64,000 nt of DNA from NCBI GenBank assembly GCA_051294375.1, contig CM119268.1:13837037-13901036 (forward strand). The letters are read 5' to 3'. A program made the position numbers and the translations under genes. Shown one piece after another: positions 58,679 to 64,000 of this stretch (positions are counted from its first letter, which is position 1; the number at the start of each line of letters is the position of its first letter). The DNA is from Paraspadella gotoi. Lineage: Eukaryota; Animalia; Chaetognatha. Under the pieces are notes generated by a model. The model was not told where the DNA came from. It saw nothing but the letters and a program-made list of their open reading frames with translations, and did not search any database.

Positions 58679-59576
58679 ATGTCTGAAAATTATACCGAAA
58701 TTTTCCCAACCAGCCAACTACAGCGGTCTAAAAATTTTAATGAAACTAACAGAATAGAAAAAGTATATTTTAAGAATTGAAATATATGTTTTAGGTCTAT
58801 CTTTATTTGAAGATAAAAAACCAAAGAACAACGTCGCAGACAAAGCGATAAGAAAAAAAGCGACAAATCAACAGCGAAATTTTTATCCAAAAATCAACAT
58901 TTAAACTAAAAAAGAACAAACAAACCTTTGAAAGATTTTCATGGCAAAATCTTATTCTCCAGACACCTGGGCGATCGAGATTTTAAAAAGTTGAGATTAA
59001 AACTAATAAGCAAATATGTCGAGAAAAATATTTCGTCTTCCAAGGTTTTTAAGTTAAGAATAAATTTAACCGTTTTAAAATTCATGCAAAGTGCAGTTGA
59101 TCTATTCTGTTTAATTTCTGCTCGATTCTCATTAATTTCGGGTCGAGACAAGAAACAAGCTCAAAACTGGTGCCAAATGTGAATAATAAGGACTGGAATT
59201 TGTGATTTTTCCCGTGATGTTGATGGTCTATTTTCGTCAACTCACGAAGCTGAGCCGAAGGAACCAACTTTTCTCCGTCAATTCTGTCATCTTTCAAAAA
59301 CAAATATTTTCTCCATGGGCCTTCGTCGACTTTTTCTACATTTTCAAGGCGACAAAATCCGTTGAGTAGATTTTAAAAAGGTTAGGTGATGACAGTGAAT
59401 TTCAAATTTAGTGAAGGATGACAACAACGATGGTAGATAAAGACTGTGAAAATTTAGGGATGACATCGACGAAACGACGGGGGTTTTTGGCTTCCTCGGA
59501 GTCCCGAGAGGCAGACCCCCTCGGTGAAGAGGAAAAGATGAGAAAGAATGAAAGTTGAAACAAAGCGATAGAAATT

Positions 59577-59685
<109 letters not shown>

Positions 59686-60142
59686 CGCTCTCACTGAACA
59701 AGGCCTTGTAAAATATTGAATTGAAAACATATTTCCAAATCGAGCCGCTTGTCAATCTCAATCAATGCATTAAGGGCTAACTTTTTCGACAGTGAATTGC
59801 CAGTTAATTGTGTCGCAAAATAATTCGGGCTGTTACGCTGTTTTTAACTGTTTCAACTCAGTCTTCATCTCGGATATAATTAACGTAAATTACCGACCGA
59901 ATTAAAATACAATTCAAACCGAAAACGAACTCGGTTTTCTTTTCGTAAAAACGAGGCTCACATCGTAAATCGGATTTCATTTTCATCGATTCTTTTTTCT
60001 GTATTTTTTTTCACAGATGCTAATTCTTTCTCTTGCGCTTAATTTCATCGCATTACGGAAATATCGATTCTTCGCCTCCGCCTTTTGTCTCATGTTTCAA
60101 TTTTATCCGAAAATCGAAAACAAAAACAAAAATTCCCGGGCC

Positions 60143-60179
<37 letters not shown>

Positions 60180-61073
60180 ATCCCTAGAAGGCGCGAAAAA
60201 AAAATGTCAGCAACGGCAGCTATTTTTGGCGGCGGCTGAGACTTTGTCCTCGACCCCCTTTTTTTTTTTGTCCTGGACTTTCTCTTTCGTCTGGAGGTTA
60301 TGTTTGTTTTCAAACTCGTTGTCTTAGACTTCTGCTATACCATGTAGGAATATTCTTTTTGTCAATATTTCACCTTCACACTTTGCCTTCGTACTTTTTT
60401 TTTCCTGTTAGAACTCGGATTAGGTAATAAACTTAACGGTAAGTCGATCTTGTCCAAAGTACCTTTGCTCCTTTGTTCTTTTCCATAATTTGATTTTTTT
60501 TTTCTTTATTACTAGGTACTCCTCACCCGTTTCTCTACTCATATTCCTCACCCTCTGACATTTTCCTCGCTTTCTTCACCACCATGCCTCCATGCCTCCA
60601 TGCTTCCTTCCCTCTAAAATCCAAGGCAGAATCTTCTACAACCCGGTCGTTTCGAACCTTTAACGACTCGACGAACAATAAACAAAACAGAAAACGCCAT
60701 CTAAAAAAAAATTAACCGCGAATGGCGTTTATAACGAGACTGGGTACGAAATGGCAATTTAATTTACATGTTCTATCCATTCGACTGTGAGTAGCGCAAA
60801 AGTTTCCGACGGAATCCAGCAGTGAGAGTCCATTTTGTTTTCTAGCTTTTGTTTTGTGTTTTGATTTTTGTGAAAAACCATTTTTACTAGACAAAGTACT
60901 AGTGCAGTATTCCATTCTCTATTCCATAACTTATTCTATATCATGGCACCAAAAAAAATGCGTGGCATCTTTTTCTTGCGCTTCGCCTCCTCGAGACTTA
61001 AAGGTGTTTGATATCCAGGTGTAAATTCGTTGACGTCTTTTTCTGATGTCGTCGACGTCGTCTTCCTCGTCGA

Positions 61074-61106
<33 letters not shown>

Positions 61107-62530
61107 ATTCTTTCGCCTTTTTCACCTCTCACAATTCTGGCCTTTTATTTTCACGAAATTTCGTACTACGACAAACAAAGTGATGAATCCTCAAATGGCA
61201 TCCGAGTGATTAACTGAAAACTGATGAACTTAAAATTTGAAAAAAAGCCCTAAAATTACGGGTTTTTTTTTCACATAAAAAATATTTAAAAAGGTTTTCG
61301 AACGTAAACGAAATGGCAAATTTTAGCGTTCGCTCGATTCGTATTTTTCTGAGGGAACCTTGCCTATCGCTTTTTCGTTTTGTTGACAATGTGATTGTTT
61401 ACATACAGCGTAAACCATTTGAAATCCGCCGCTATAAAAAAATTCACCAAACGAAAATGTAAAAAGATTTTTACAATTTTGAAAAGAAATACATAAAGAC
61501 AAGACATACTTATTTTTATGTTTAAATTTTTTGATAATTGATTTTGTTTTGTATCCAAAATGAGCAAAAAAAGATGAGGAACAAATTCGAGCTTTTTAAT
61601 CAAAATTTGTTACTAGGAATTCATAGCTTTTTTAAACAATCATAATCTTACTAATTTTTACAAATATGGGCATTGAAACAAAGCCCGTCAAAAATAGATT
61701 CAGAAATTTCTTAAAAGTAATATATCTTGATTATTTTTAAAACTCAGGTAGTTATAATTCTGTACCTTTTAACTTCGACAAAGCATCAAAAATATATTTT
61801 TTTATGCTAGGGAATTGAAAAATATATCATAGTATACACTTTTTCAATAGCTTTCAGGCAATATCAATATTATTATTATTTTTTAGAAAACTTCTTTATA
61901 AATTGTTCAGAAAGTAAAACAAAAATTTGTCATTTAAAAACATTCGGCTATTGAGCAGGGAGATCATTTTTAAAGCTATCTTTTACCTCTTCCTGTTAAA
62001 GTAGAAGTAAACCGATAGTAATGATATCTATACATAAAAAATGAGTGAGTCTTATCTTTAAGTATCTCTTTTAAAAATATTAAAATCTTTTCGCGTTTCA
62101 ATTTGGTAAATTTTTCCTAGTAGCGGGTTTTAAAATGGTCACGCTGTAGTAGTTCATATCAGATAACGAGGAAATAGTAAAAGCTGACGGAATTTTTTTT
62201 TTTTTCAATCGAACCAAAGTTCTACGGAATCGTTTTGTCCTTTGAACCCGCAGACGAGTCCTTCGGTCCTTGAAATCTGCCCACCTCTCTTAAAGAGGAT
62301 CTTCAATGAGGCCACTTCCCTCTTCCCGATAATTTCAAGATTTCATTTTTTTCCTCTATTAATTGAAGTTGGACTTTGAATTTCCATTTTAATCCCTTCT
62401 ACCTGCGCATTTAATCGAACTTCATAGCTTCACTTTTTTTTTCGACAAAGAAGGACATAGTTTGTGACGATGACATAGAAAAGGTTCCGACCCTTACATC
62501 AGTCGCCTTCCTTTTCCAACAAGCAACGTC

Positions 62531-63091
62531 ATGAAGTGGCGCGCCCGCGTTTTGACGCTCGTGGCGACGGCGGGCGTCTTTTGCTTCGTTCTCTCTCTCC
62601 TCGTCTTGCAGCACGAGCTCATGCGACCGGAAAGGGATCGCGGCAAAAACACGAACCGCAACGACATTCGAATCCAGCTACGTTTGGACGGCAATCGCGA
62701 CGACAATAACAACAACGACGACAAAATGAGCGACTCCTCGCGACAGACACGAACTTCGGAAGATGGCGCCAAAAAAGAAAAAGCCAACGAGAGCGACGCC
62801 TTGCGGATTCGTGTCGAGGAGAAAAAGGTGGATAAAGCCGCTAAGAAAACTGAAAGTGCAAAGGGCGCTGGCGGCGGCGAAGGCGGCGGCGGAGATGGTG
62901 CCGGAGACGGCGGCGGAAACGACGAAGGCGGCGCTGACGGCGGTGCGGTTGAAAGGGGCGACCGACTCGGCGGCGGCGTGGAGGTTGTTGCGAATGCGAG
63001 AATCATTAAATCGAGAAAGAAAAAGGAAGAGGCTGAACGAGCGGAGGCGGAAGACGAGAATGTGGACGTCACCAAAGAAGAACAAATTAAG
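62531..63091 (+). CDS. First coding exon of a type II membrane protein (Golgi-enzyme-like topology); probably continues beyond the window
   Basis: A short basic tail (MKWRAR), one hydrophobic helix (VLTLVATAGVFCFVLSLLVL) and a Gly/charged disordered stem, ending at a phase-0 donor AAG|GTGACT at 63092. No catalytic domain is visible. Confidence 0.6.
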
Positions 63092-64000
63092 GTGACTGAC
63101 ATTAAAAGAGTTTTTTTGCATTAATTACTAACTGGTTTTTTCGTTTTTGTTTCTTCTTATAAACGCTTATCCCACGTGAATAAAGTTCTTTGATTCTATA
63201 TGACGTCGATTAACGCGAAAACCGGTTGTCATGCGTCGTTATGTCGTCGTCATGTAACCAAGATGTCGCTCTTATGTCGAAGCGATGTTGCTGTGATGTC
63301 GGAAGGAAGTCGGCCCGATGTCTCTGTGTTCTCGCCTTGTTGTCGCCTAAATATCGCAATTATTTCGTCCTTTGATTATTTGAATTCTACCCATTCTCGA
63401 TATCCCGCTGTTCGCTTCTCGTAATCGTTGCTCTTTCGTTTACGATTTCGTTTGTCCTTAAATGAGAGTTTTCTTGGCTCAAAATAGTAGTTAGCCATAT
63501 TTATTGCTCGGACAACGACAACTTGCAAAACTTTCTTTATTTTTATCTCATAAGTATAATTTGGCGGCTTTTACGGTAAATAATTTTACAGTCANNNNNN
63601 NNNNACGACAACTTACAAAACTTTCTTTATTTTTATCTCAAAAATATAATTTGGCAACTTTTACGGTTAATAATTTTACAGTCACTGAACTCTGTGAAGA
63701 GAGTGCGATGTCCTCAGTCCTCACCTAATAAAATGAAGGGAAAAAGATTATATCAAAAAATTCTTATCAAATTTTTCACTCTTAAAACTTTAACGTTATT
63801 TTTAAATTTCTGCTTTTATTTATTTTTTTAATTTATTTTCTCATATTCTTATTTCATCTTAGAATACAACAAATTTTGATCAAGCTTTTTCGTTTAAAAA
63901 AAACTGTGGACTGACCGTATTTGTTCCCCAATCTAATTTAATTACAATTCCTCCTCTTTCCCAAGTAGAGTATTTAACCGATAACAACTTTTTAATAACG

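Noticed and set aside
58939-59380. Coding-like minus-strand ORFs, and similar short islands at about 46290-46790, 57030-57160 and 58250-58430
   Set aside because: No recognisable family and no consistent exon chain, so the evidence is insufficient.
63514-63684. Direct repeat of ~80 nt
   Set aside because: Same pattern around a 10-N gap; scaffold artefact.

Overview
Intron-rich animal genomic DNA, probably from an invertebrate, in a draft assembly with N gaps, duplications flanking the gaps and local indel-error patches. Intergenic DNA is AT-rich with many microsatellites. Genes reconstructed by hand from splice sites and reading phase: (1) a WDR64-like WD40 gene of about 30 exons (minus strand) carrying an unexpected F5/8-type-C (discoidin-like) domain inside one WD blade; (2) MAIP1 nested antisense in one of its introns; (3) a small secreted acidic precursor; (4) a probable small acidic-tailed gene; (5) cytoplasmic creatine kinase; (6) a single-domain tyrosine phosphatase with WPD changed to WPN; (7) a TMC1/2/3-type channel with a very long disordered tail; (8) an FLVCR-type MFS transporter; (9) the first coding exon of a type II membrane protein. 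Non-coding highlights: three minimal hammerhead-ribozyme motifs of the Penelope-like-element type (two inside long fold-back palindromes), a structured ~160-nt intronic element ending in a T5 run, a Kolobok-like element flanked by TTAA, a MITE pair, a SINE-like dispersed repeat, and four probable GC-AG introns. Homology calls rest on recalled family motifs; no searches were run.
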